Part shown: positions 52,886-64,000 of the stretch, piece by piece
Layout of the letters: each line of letters begins with the position of its first letter
How positions within the stretch are numbered: the stretch's first letter is position 1
DNA from: Octopus sinensis
Taxonomy: Eukaryota
Reading direction: 5' to 3'
Length of the DNA: 64,000 nucleotides
Assembly: GCF_006345805.1 (NCBI RefSeq)
Contig: NC_043005.1
Location: 36,890,001 to 36,954,000, forward strand
The notes under the pieces: generated by a model
What the model was told of the DNA's origin: nothing
What the model saw: the letters and a program-made list of their open reading frames with translations, nothing else
The model's database searches: none
Translations under genes and position numbers: made by a program

Positions 52886-53089
52886 TCCCAAGAGAAGTAG
52901 ATACATAGATACATATACACATTGCTAAATCAAAGGCGAGAGAGAAGAGGGACACAAAAGAAGTGAAAGTAAAAGAGAAAAAGTGAGAGAGACAGTAGAT
53001 CCTAAGAAAATTTCAGACATAGGATACATACACACAGCAACTACTGGATGTCAATTTCACTTTTCATTACCACACGAGGATAAAATTAA

Positions 53090-53500
53090 TTCACAAATAC
53101 CGGGTAAAATGCTTAGTGGCATTTCGTCCGTCTTTGTCTTTCACCATTTAGGTTTGATAGAATAAGTAGATCTATAAGTACCAGTAAAATAAGTAGCAGT
53201 TGAATTCTGGGGGTGTCGAGGTAATCGAGTTACCCACCCCGCTCACCGAAATTGCTGGCCTTGTGCCAAAATTTGAAACCATTGTTCTTATTAGTTAGGC
53301 AAAATTGTTATCACGCTGAACAAAATAGCGGCATTTCTTTCGGAGTGCAAATTCCGCTGAAGTTCGTTTTCCCTTTCATCTTTTCGGGGTCGATAAAATA
53401 AGTACCAGTCGAACACTGGGGTCGATGTAATCGACTCAACCCCTCCCCTCATAAAATTCAGGCTTTGTGCCAATAGTAGAAAGGGTTATTGTTGTTGCTG
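53090..53500 (+). mobile_element. two tandem family-A SINEs
   Basis: Two successive copies ending in aaatttgaaaccatt (~53285) and agtagaaagggttatt (~53490). Confidence 0.8.
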
Positions 53501-54022
53501 TTACTGTTGTTGTTGTTGTTATTTGCGACACGTGTTAACCTGTTTTGCTGTTTTGGATTGAATTATATTGATTTCTTCTCAAAAACACAACGTTTGTTTG
53601 TGTTGCATCGCACGAATTTTTACAAAAGGAAGTAGGAAGTTTGTTTATAATTTTTTCCTTCCTAGTTTGAACATTGAAGAGATATTTTTGAATGCAGTTT
53701 TTTTTTTTTTATTTTGCTATTTGTTCCACTTAACGAAATTTCATCATGGAGTAATGGAAAAAGAGCTCCCACCACATTTGTAGCAGCACCAGCATAAATA
53801 CTTTCCCTGTGTTACAAACTCGTGATCAAAATATTAATATGGGTTATATAAGAACAAAGAAGAACAGCAATTAGAATTCTAACAAGACCAAAACAGACAC
53901 ATACAGAGAAAATATAATGACTTAGTAAGAAATGATGTTTATAATACTGATGAAAACATTCACAGTGAAAAAAGAATGATGACCAACAACATTCACACAC
54001 ACATGCACGCACACGCACACAG

Positions 54023-54055
<33 letters not shown>

Positions 54056-56062
54056 TACCAACATACATACAGATATACACATACACATACAGATCTTGCC
54101 GAACGTAAATATTAGTACTTTCGGAAGTAATTTTGTAAACGTTGTTTACTCCAAAATATTTCTGGAGATGATCCAGTCCTATAGAAAAACCTGACAGCAG
54201 CATACCACAAACTAATGTACTTACTACCTGAAAAATTCGCCTCAGAAAAGATAAATATAAAAGATAAAGATAAAAATGACAACATTCAGAATACTATCAA
54301 AGTGGTTGCTGAAGTGGGATTTGGTTGATGCATAAGATACAGTGGTGTTCATCGACTGGTGAAAGTCATAAGAAAGTATCTAGCTAGCTATCTAGTGTTC
54401 AGAAATGAGGAAGACATGAATAGACAACTAGAAATAATGTGACATACATCTGCTCATAGATTCCTACCACAACACATGGAATTGGCAGCAATATTGATTT
54501 CTGGCTCTCTGTCACTTATGTGGTGCAGTAGAGGTAGGTTGTGATCTGAGAAGTTACAAGAAAGGACATGTAGTTACGAGTGGTCAGTATCGACTAACAA
54601 ATCCTAATGAACCCCTAAGTACAACAGGATTATTTCGGAACTGTCTATTATTGTAAGCGTAGATAAAACACACCGAGGCTAGTAGCGCTTCGTGGAAAGC
54701 TCAGATGCTGTTCTTGCAAAAGCAAAATCCACGTGAGGATTTTCAGCCCTGAAGATCTAAAATTAGCTATAATTTCATTGAGAAGGAAATCCACTGAAGA
54801 GTATGGATGGGGGCGCGAATACGAGCAACACTCGTGGAGCAGGAATTTTGTAAAAGCTATTCTGACAATCGACAAACGTTTCGCAGACAATTCCAGAAGA
54901 CACCCCTGGCTCTTCAAACCTCAATATATCCAAAACTGACTCACGGAGGCAATTAAATGCACCCGTTCTTTACAAACCAAGTGGCAGACAAGCACCTAAC
55001 AAAGAAGTGGGGTGCTTAGATCCGACCTAGCTGCCCGGTTCTTACTCCTGAGAGAATGGATTACCTGAAAGGGTGTTCCATTATATATATATATTTATTT
55101 ATTTTAGAAAATTATAACTTGAGGAAGGAGAATACTACTGATTTGGTCAGAGTCAAATATCGGATAGCAGCTTGAATTTTATATCCTGCTTCTGTAAAGA
55201 CAGTTATAGAAAAAGGTCACTCCATCGATTCTGATGGTTTTTAATATCACTTGTCTATCACTAACAACCAGATAGTATATACAACTTAAGGTATATTTCA
55301 CTCTTCTGTTTATTTCTTTCTTTTTCCTTTTCTTTTTCTTCCTTGTCTTTGTATTCTCTGCAGATAGAAATATAGAATTCTTTATTTATAGCAGAATCGT
55401 TCGATATGTGTCTTTTTTTTTATGGCTAACCGCTCAAACATTGCTAATTTATGTCTATGGTCCTTTTGGATTTAAAAGATAGAGTAATATTGTAAAAGGG
55501 AAATCAATGTACATCAAAGATAATAAAATGGAGAACAACTGGCATTATTCATTACTTTCTTACTGTTTCATGTCTACAAAACTGATCTGGCATCTTGAAA
55601 TGTTACATAATATCCAGCATCGCTTTTAATGTGGAGATAGAAATCGTGCCAATAATACTACGGTCTGAAAGAAAATAAGTAGACGTTGACAATGCTGCAA
55701 GCTCGTTTTTATGCCACTTCCTTGATGTGACTCTCCTTTTCTCTCTCTCTCTCTCTCACACTCTTCGTACATCTATACACATACATTCATATATATACAT
55801 ACTTACATATGTGTGCGTATATGTGTGTATGTATGTGTGTATGTGTCACACCCTTTCTGCTTCTCTTCTTTTCTCTTTCAGTCATTCTCGATTGTCTACT
55901 CGTTTATCTACTCCCCCCTCTCGTTCCCCCTTACTAAATCATTTATGATGAATATATCTCATTGTTCATATTTCGGTTTGGTTACACACGCACACACACA
56001 CACATACATACATACATACATACATACATACATACGCACACCTGCATACATTTATATGCATG

Positions 56063-56197
<135 letters not shown>

Positions 56198-56219
56198 GGT
56201 GTTTACATTTTACTTGTAG

Positions 56220-56720
56220 TGTTTGAAGTCGTGTAAAAACATGGCGGTAAATTGAATCGATTAACGATCTTAGACTATTGGTTGTTGGAGATATAACTTT
56301 GGAACTTGTCGCCAGCAATTAGTAGCTAATTGATGACGAGACATTCCCTTGTAAGCTGTAACTGGTAACTAATGCTAGTAGATGTGGCTGAGCTCAGTTG
56401 GTGCCGAGAGGCGCTTGCTTACATCTGACAATTAAACAGTTTTTAAAGCTTTCTTGTTGGTTATCCGCTGTAAAGATCACAAATTGATAAATTGACTTTT
56501 TCTCACTTACAGTGGAAACAGGCACTTGGCGTATTATTAAACTAAGTCCTCGCACATTGCTTTTTCTTTTCCGTTTTCTCTTTTTGTTCTTTTTTTGCGG
56601 TAGTTCTTTTTCCAATCGATATCTAAGGCAAGATATATTGATTTCATTTGATGTTTCATCACTATACATCTTTTCACAGCCAACTTGATGTAAATAGAAA
56701 GGAGAGAGTGTCTAGACGAC
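56220..56720. promoter_or_regulatory. candidate promoter / 5'-exon island
   Basis: Unique CpG-retaining segment between microsatellites; AACATGGCGG motif at 56238-56247, reverse CCAAT near 56277 and strong splice signals at 56492-56512; ~700 bp upstream of the signal-peptide exon. Confidence 0.4.
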
Positions 56721-56783
56721 ATTGTAGCCGCAACACTCACACACACACACATATTTATAAATATATGCACATGTATGCATGTA

Positions 56784-56840
<57 letters not shown>

Positions 56841-56854
56841 ACACACATACTTAG

Positions 56855-56905
<51 letters not shown>

Positions 56906-57387
56906 CAGAGACATGCATATATATATATATAAGTATAGATATAAATAATATATTATATATAATATATATTTATATATATAATATTATATAATATATTTAT
57001 ATATATATATAATATTATATATAATATATTTATATATATATTATATAATATATATTTATATAAATGATATATATATATTTATATATGCATAATCTATATA
57101 TTATATATAATATACATATATATTTGTGTTTGTGTGTGTGTGTCTAAAATAACCCGTTAAATTAATTGGTCGTTGATAAATTCGATTCTAAACTGTATGT
57201 GATGTCCAGTAAAAATATAGTTCCAATTATTTATTAATTGGTATCGATTATGTTGTCTTTGAGTATCATCGATGGTTTAACTAATAACGTATAACTTAGA
57301 CAGAAAGCACTTAAAGTTATGAGAGAAAGGAACTTCAAGTGGCAACATCAATACATTTTTTTATGCTTTATCCGGAAGGGACTTGCA

Positions 57388-57573
57388 ATGGCTGTGACCT
57401 TCACAAGTCTTCTCAGATTGCTGCTATTATCGTTCAGTTTGAGTATTTGTAAATCAGTATCTACTGCAGAAACGTTAACAGGAATGAAATGCCAGAGGTT
57501 TGACGTACTGGAAGCGAAAGATATCATTGGAAAGGTTGTTGACCTGGGATATAGAGAACGAAATACTGAACCG
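57388..57573 (+). CDS. candidate first coding exon of an unidentified secreted or membrane protein (62 aa, signal peptide)
   Basis: Acceptor ttttatgctttatccggaag at 57378, ATG at 57388, MAVTFTSLLRLLLLSFSLSICKSVSTAETLTGMKCQRFDVLEAKDIIGKVVDLGYRERNTEP, donor CCG|GTAATG at 57573/57574 (phase 0). Non-repetitive, with a hydrophobic N-terminus. Confidence 0.55.
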
Positions 57574-57588
57574 GTAATGATAAGCGAA

Positions 57589-57780
57589 AATGCCGGTGAA
57601 TCGATAGAACTTCGGACAAAATACTTAGCAGGCATTTGTTCCGGTTCTTTACGTTCTGAGTTCAAATGCCTCCAAGGTGAACATTGCCTCTCATTTGATC
57701 GGCGTAAATAAAGTACCACTCAAATATTGGTCCCAATGTAATTGACTTTCCTTACTCCTTAAAATTTGCCAGCCTTGACT
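57589..57780 (+). mobile_element. SINE family A, decayed
   Basis: gaatcgatagaacttcggacaaaatacttagcaggcattt...ttacgttctgagttcaaat...aagtaccac. Confidence 0.75.
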
Positions 57781-58859
57781 GATGTACCGGACCAGCGGAG
57801 TATTGTGATATCGATCACATAGACGAAACCAGATAACCGGCCATATGAATCCTAAGGCTCAAGAAAAATTGGATAGGAGAAGAGTGAGATATCTTGTCGT
57901 GGCCAGAGTGAATATTATATAGAATTAAGTTATTCAATGGATGATTTCTTTTTATGAAAGTATATAATGGGAATAAATGAATTTCCTTACATCCTACTGA
58001 AGGTTAAATATGTCAAAAACCTGACAATTGGGTAAATTATCTCACTACATCACCCAATAAAAACTATTTTCTCCTTGTGAATTATTGTAAATAAACACTA
58101 CATATGTTATATTAGCATGGATGAATCAATTAAATGTTCGTTCTGACTACAATGAAACTAATAGATTCCAAGTAAAATGTTAAATATTATCTGACGGAAT
58201 GGTGTAGTTGCGTAATAATGTAAAGTATTGTAATATCCATGAACTGCCAAGTTATGTAAACACGTGCAGCAAACATTTGGGCAGTTCATTCTTGTTTCTT
58301 TTCTATGAAAAAATATCTTAATTCATTTTTAGGAACGATGGATCTCGAAGCAAACAAAGTTATAAAGGGTAACTTGAAAATATTGGGTTAAAAATCCTTT
58401 AAATAGAGAAAGTCGAAGGCAGCTCATGAACTTCGAACCCACATCTCCTGTATACATGATGGGCGTTCTGCCTCGGGACCAATGCAACCCTTCGAAATTT
58501 TCTATTTTACAAAATTTTTTCTTTGCATCGATAATTGTGTATTGCTGACATCACAAAGATTTAGAAATTTCGTGAATTCAGAAGCTTCTTTTTTTCTATC
58601 CAATGAGTTTTCAATCCAATATTTACACGCTATTATATTTAATTGCTTCGAGATTCAACATTCATAAAAAGAATTATTTCACGCCCCGAAGTTTCTAAAT
58701 ATTTATGGCTTCAACAAAATCTTAAATTATTTAGTGAGGATCCCCACCTCAACGAATGACCGAAAGATATTTTGCTTTCTTCTGATGTGTGATAATGTTT
58801 TGCAATGGAAGAAATCTTGTAATTTATTTTGTTACATTACTTGTCTTTATTTTTTTCTT

Positions 58860-59344
58860 TTTCTCTGTCTCAGTCATTAGACTGAGGCCATGATGAGGCA
58901 CCGCTTTGAAGCATGTTTATTCGATCTAATCTACCCTAGTACTAATTTTTTTTTTTTAAGCTTTGTACTTATTCTATCGGTAAGTTTTGCCGACCCGCAA
59001 AGTTACGAGGATCTAAGCAGACCAGTGCATGTTGACAAGTGATGGTGGGAGACAAACACGGAAAATTAATATACATTGACATACTGATACAACTGATGTA
59101 CATCAGTAATGCTCTGACCTGCCACAAACACATCCACTCACACACGCTCTCACAAATACTCACATACACAAAAACACACACATATACAACGGGCTTCTTT
59201 CAGTTCCCGTCTATCAAATCCACACACAAGGCTTTGGTCGGCCCGAGGCTATAGCAGAAGACACTTGCCGAAGGTGCCACACAATGGGACTGAACCCAGA
59301 ACCATGTAGTTGGGAAGCAAGTTTTTTACCTTACAGCCACGCCT
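58860..59344 (-). mobile_element. SINE family B, full-length
   Basis: cagtcattagactgaggccatgatgaggcaccgc...ggtcggcccgaggctatagcagaagacacttgcc...cagccacgcct. Confidence 0.88.
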
Positions 59345-59599
59345 ATATATTTTCTTAAAACAACGAGGAATGTCGTTCAAAGTTGAATACAATGGCATTA
59401 GATTTCAAATCTTAGACACTACCCAGGTTACCCTGCATCACATACTCCTATTCCGGAATACTCTCACGACCACCAAAACTTCATGACATTATTATCTATC
59501 TAAAAGGATCATGGTTGCTATCGATTTTCTATTCGTTTTTAACTACCCTCGTCATTTTGTAATGAAATAACACTGTGTAATGTTTTTTTCTGTTTTTTG

Positions 59600-59960
59600 T
59601 TTTTTTTTTTTGTTGTCTTTGGTCAGTGGTATTTCCTGTTTGCAGCTATCTAGAAACCAAAGGAAATGACTTCTATTTCCTTCAAACTTAGCTTTGTCAC
59701 CTGGACATCAATGATTTGAAATTTACCTGTTTTCCATTACATTTTAGACAGATTTAACGCTAAGTTGCTGAAACAGCAATAACACTGTAACAAATATTCT
59801 AGTCAATATCACAGATTTGCTTGTCATTTGCTTGACCTTAATCCCTTGAGCATGTCCCTTAGTGATTGACAATATGGGCATCTCTGGTCATGAGCAGGAG
59901 TAGTGGGAGAGCATCATAGCAATGTATTGAGAGGGATTTCATTCGGATTTGAATAAATGC
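59600..59960. mobile_element. unclassified interspersed repeat
   Basis: gcatgtcccttagtg...gcatctctggtcatgagcaggagtagtgggagagcatcatagc resembles a common octopus repeat; recalled similarity only. Confidence 0.35.
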
Positions 59961-60304
59961 AAGAAAAGCAAAGTTTGAGGGAAATATTTGCCATTCTTCA
60001 TACTTTCTAGGGGTAAGCAAATAGGAATCGTGTTACATCATGTTACGCATTGTTTTAGGTTAAGGAGAAAGCATACCCTTCTCTATCTGTTTTATGGAAG
60101 AATGATGAAGAACACTTTTAAAGAACTAAGGCTTTAAGCGATTTGGCGACCTAATTGAAATGCAATGGCTTTAAGTTAAAATCGAAACCGCGTTGCAAAT
60201 CGTCCAGGAAACTTATCTTCTTCTTAGCAGTACTAGCCGATGCTTTGAAAATTAATATTCATTGATATACTGATACAGCTGATGTGTGCACACACACACT
60301 CACA

Positions 60305-60371
<67 letters not shown>

Positions 60372-60606
60372 TATATGGGGGTCTTTGTGCCAAGACAAAT
60401 TAAAGTAATATTAACTAAATTGCAATTCGAAGGAAATTCTGATATACACTCTGTCAGATATTGAACAACGTATTTCCTGCTCACTGGGCAATAAATGACT
60501 GCATTACTTATATTCTGACTTATATTTCGTTAACGATACATACATACACACATACACACATACATGCATATTTACATACATACACAGATATCTATCTATC
60601 TATCTA

Positions 60607-60680
<74 letters not shown>

Positions 60681-61026
60681 CATATATATATATATATATA
60701 TATACAATATGGTGTGTGTGTATACATACACACACATAGTGTACTGTTGCGTTATTGGTAAGAACAAGAAATAAAGTACTCTGTCCAGCGAGAGATAAAT
60801 ACCATTTAATAACAGTGGAATTATACGTGAACGTCTATAAAAAATTTATGATCAGATAGTACAGTCAACGGACAGGCTTGTATAGTGTGCTATGTGCTAT
60901 CTTCTAGCCGTACTTGCTCACATATAAAACCTGTGTTTAGTAAATGATGATGCTGATTATATATATATTATATATACATACATCTATATATATATATATT
61001 ATATATATAATGATTATATATATGTG

Positions 61027-61058
<32 letters not shown>

Positions 61059-61867
61059 TGTATGTATGTATGTATGTATGTATGTATGTATGTATGTATG
61101 TATTTATGTATATATGTATGTATGTATGTATGTATATCAGGAAGTAATAGCGTATTTATAAAGAAAGTAAGTTGTTTCGTTTCTTTAGAAATAATTGTAA
61201 ATTTTCAAATATTTATTTGTATTTATTTACATTTATTCAATTATATTAGGCAGGGCAATGGCGAACCAACTGGCTTTGCGGCATTTAATGATATCGTCAT
61301 TTTCCGTTCAAATATTACTGGTGTTGACTTTGTTTTTTCCTCTCTCTCTCTCTCTCTCCTCGCTTACATGTTCGGTGAATTAAGCATCAATAAGTACCAA
61401 TAATCTTTTGGAGCCAATTCAATCGCCTAAAACCTTGTCTCTTTTGCCAAGCGGACATCATTATTATTTATTTATATAAACAGGCGAGTATCATAGAGAG
61501 AGATGTGCTCTCACTAAGCTAATTCGGTTAGGTAGTTTAGATTTCCGGTTAAAACCATTTCGTTTTCGTACACCGTTAGTACTTTAGGTATATATAAATA
61601 CATATATGCAAGTATACATTTATATGTGCCCCACTCACCTACATAATACAGATACATATATCCGCGTTATATATGTACATATTCACACGCATACGTGTGT
61701 GTATCATTAAATAATATATATACATATATACACCACACCCACACACAAACGCACGTACTCACGAACAATTGAATAAAATACTAAATAAATACATATATAT
61801 TTAGATATTTATGTAATTATATATACATGATAAGCTATCTATCTGTATGTAAGTATATGTATGCGTG

Positions 61868-61943
<76 letters not shown>

Positions 61944-62018
61944 ATTACTGGATAAAGTTTCTCTCTATCGGTACTCCGGACTACAGGTTATGCAGCTTAA
62001 CATATACATATATATATA

Positions 62019-62183
62019 TATTTCTTTATTGCCCACAAGGGGCTAAACATAGGAACAAACAAGGAGAGAGAAAAGGATTAAGTCGATTACATTGACCTCA
62101 GTGTGAAACTGGTACTTTATTTATCGACCCCGAAAGGATGAAAGGCAAAGTCGACCTCGGCGGAATTTGAACTCAGAACGTAA
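62019..62183 (-). mobile_element. SINE family A, head-truncated
   Basis: tttctttattgcccacaaggggctaaac...tatcgaccccgaaaggatgaaaggcaaagtcgacctcggcggaatttgaactcagaacg. Confidence 0.9.
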
Positions 62184-62259
62184 CAATATATATATATATA
62201 TATATATTATTATCTATTATATATATATAGGCAACACACAGCGAATTTATATATATATG

Positions 62260-62306
<47 letters not shown>

Positions 62307-62394
62307 GATATAAGTGTATGTGTGTACGTCTAGGTATGTATATTTTGTCTGTAACTCTTCTGTATATATATGTCTGTAGTGTGGTGTGTTTGTA

Positions 62395-62439
<45 letters not shown>

Positions 62440-62879
62440 CTGTGCGTGTCTGTGTGTGTGCCTATGTATGGATATCAGCATTAATATCAAGATATAACCT
62501 CTGATGTTACGGAAGTCGTTGATGATGATGATGACTGTGATATTATAATGGTATTCCTTAGACAGATGAATTTTTTTTCTTGCTTCATTATAAAACTTGG
62601 CTCAAGTAAACTTTATAATTACTATTGGTGTGAACTTCATTCATAAATATTTGTATCCAGGCAGACTTAAGAGCGCCTCATCTGTCTGTTTCATGTGTGT
62701 GTGTGTTTATTTGTAACTCCTTGTTTATATATGCTTGTATGGACAAGAAACGGTGGTGTGAATTCATATATATTTGCTGCGCGTGTTAGTGTCTGCGTTT
62801 GTGTGTCTTACATACACATCTCTGCTTCCTATGGTACTTTAGCATAAATGTGTGTATGTGTATATATGTAGCTATGTGT

Positions 62880-62885
62880 ATGTAC

Positions 62886-62942
<57 letters not shown>

Positions 62943-62953
62943 CACACACACAC

Positions 62954-63002
<49 letters not shown>

Positions 63003-63027
63003 TATATAATATATATATATACCACAC

Positions 63028-63064
<37 letters not shown>

Positions 63065-63065
63065 C

Positions 63066-63144
<79 letters not shown>

Positions 63145-63190
63145 TAGATAGATAGATAATAGATAGATAGGATAGATAGATAGATAGATG
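62880..63190. repeat. (TA)n(GA)n(AGAT)n compound microsatellite
   Basis: Read directly from the sequence. Confidence 0.95.
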
Positions 63191-63297
63191 CATGTGTGGT
63201 TATACACGCCTGACTATGCTTCTTGTGATGGTCATACATGCGTATGTATGTGCACGCATATATATATACATATGTGTATGTATATGGGTATTTATGT

Positions 63298-63337
<40 letters not shown>

Positions 63338-63548
63338 GATGCAGACATACCAACATACATACCTAGACACACACATACATTGAGTTACATGTGCTTAATT
63401 TGCTTGTGTATGTGAATGCGTTTGTACTTGTATGTGTGTAAGTTTGGTCTTGACTGCTTTATAAGCATATTTGCCTTTCTATATGCCTATGACTGTATGT
63501 TCGTAACAGCACGCATTCGTGTGTATATAAATGTATGTGTATACATAC

Positions 63549-63588
<40 letters not shown>

Positions 63589-63791
63589 TGTGTGTGTGTG
63601 TGTGTTTGTGTGTGCAAGTACGTATGTGAAACTGATTAAATGAATGTTTATATGTCCAAATCCAGTATGAATAAATCCTCTTCTAAGATGTGTATGTGTG
63701 TATAGAAGTGGGTATATGCCAGTGTATGTATATGAGAATATTTGTGTGTTTATGTAGTCACACATGCTCACATATATATATATACAAATAA

Positions 63792-63839
<48 letters not shown>

Positions 63840-64000
63840 TAATATATATATACACACACTCAGACCACATACCAACACACCCGTATATATATATATATAT
63901 AATATATATATATATATAATATCATATATACACACATATGTATGCGTTTATGTGCAGACATTTTATAGACTTATATGTATGTATGTATGCACATATATAT

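Noticed and set aside
53947-53975. CTGATGA...GAAA on the plus strand
   Set aside because: No stem II pairing.
54091-54178. 88-nt minus-strand exon candidate (GLDHLQKYFGVNNVYKITSESTNIYVRQD)
   Set aside because: The donor comes from the adjacent microsatellite, there is no recognised homolog, and chance occurrence is likely in AT-rich DNA.
54790-54840. CTGAAGA...GAAT-acgag/ctcgt as a hammerhead
   Set aside because: The core is GAAU with an extra base and there is no NUH triplet at the required position.
54648-54917. KILTW...ILLLQEQHL as a LINE endonuclease N-terminus
   Set aside because: Only two short motif echoes with wrong spacing and no other LINE motifs nearby.
57574-57711. C-terminal half of ORF 57319-57711 (ISENAGESIEL resembles Calx-beta or Ig motifs)
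   Set aside because: From ~57589 the sequence aligns to the family-A SINE head and lies after a good donor at 57574.

Overview
Eukaryotic, AT-rich, microsatellite-saturated genomic DNA. The SINE families and repeat landscape point to an octopod cephalopod, most likely Octopus; this is recognition from memory, not a database result. There is no complete protein-coding gene, rRNA, genuine tRNA or CRISPR array. Almost all ORFs in the supplied track are translations of (TA)n, (TG)n, (AGAT)n, (ATC)n or (AAT)n tracts, or of SINEs. Supported content: (i) more than 30 tRNA-derived SINE copies from several families; (ii) fossil LINE fragments (R4/Dong-like, two RTE, one CR1/L2-like); (iii) a full-length decayed Hsmar1-like mariner (27-bp TIRs, 1286 bp) and a second mariner fragment; (iv) a 5'-truncated Penelope-like element whose GIY-YIG C-terminus is still open (78 codons, absent from the ORF track) and whose 3' region carries an apparently intact type-I hammerhead ribozyme (28441-28533, minus strand); (v) a second degenerate hammerhead and a possible decayed HDV-like ribozyme; (vi) two long fold-back inverted repeats and a near-identical 797-bp tandem duplication; (vii) one good candidate first coding exon with a signal peptide (57388-57573, plus strand) next to a CpG-retaining promoter-like island. 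Repeat boundaries were estimated by eye and may be off by 10-20 bp.
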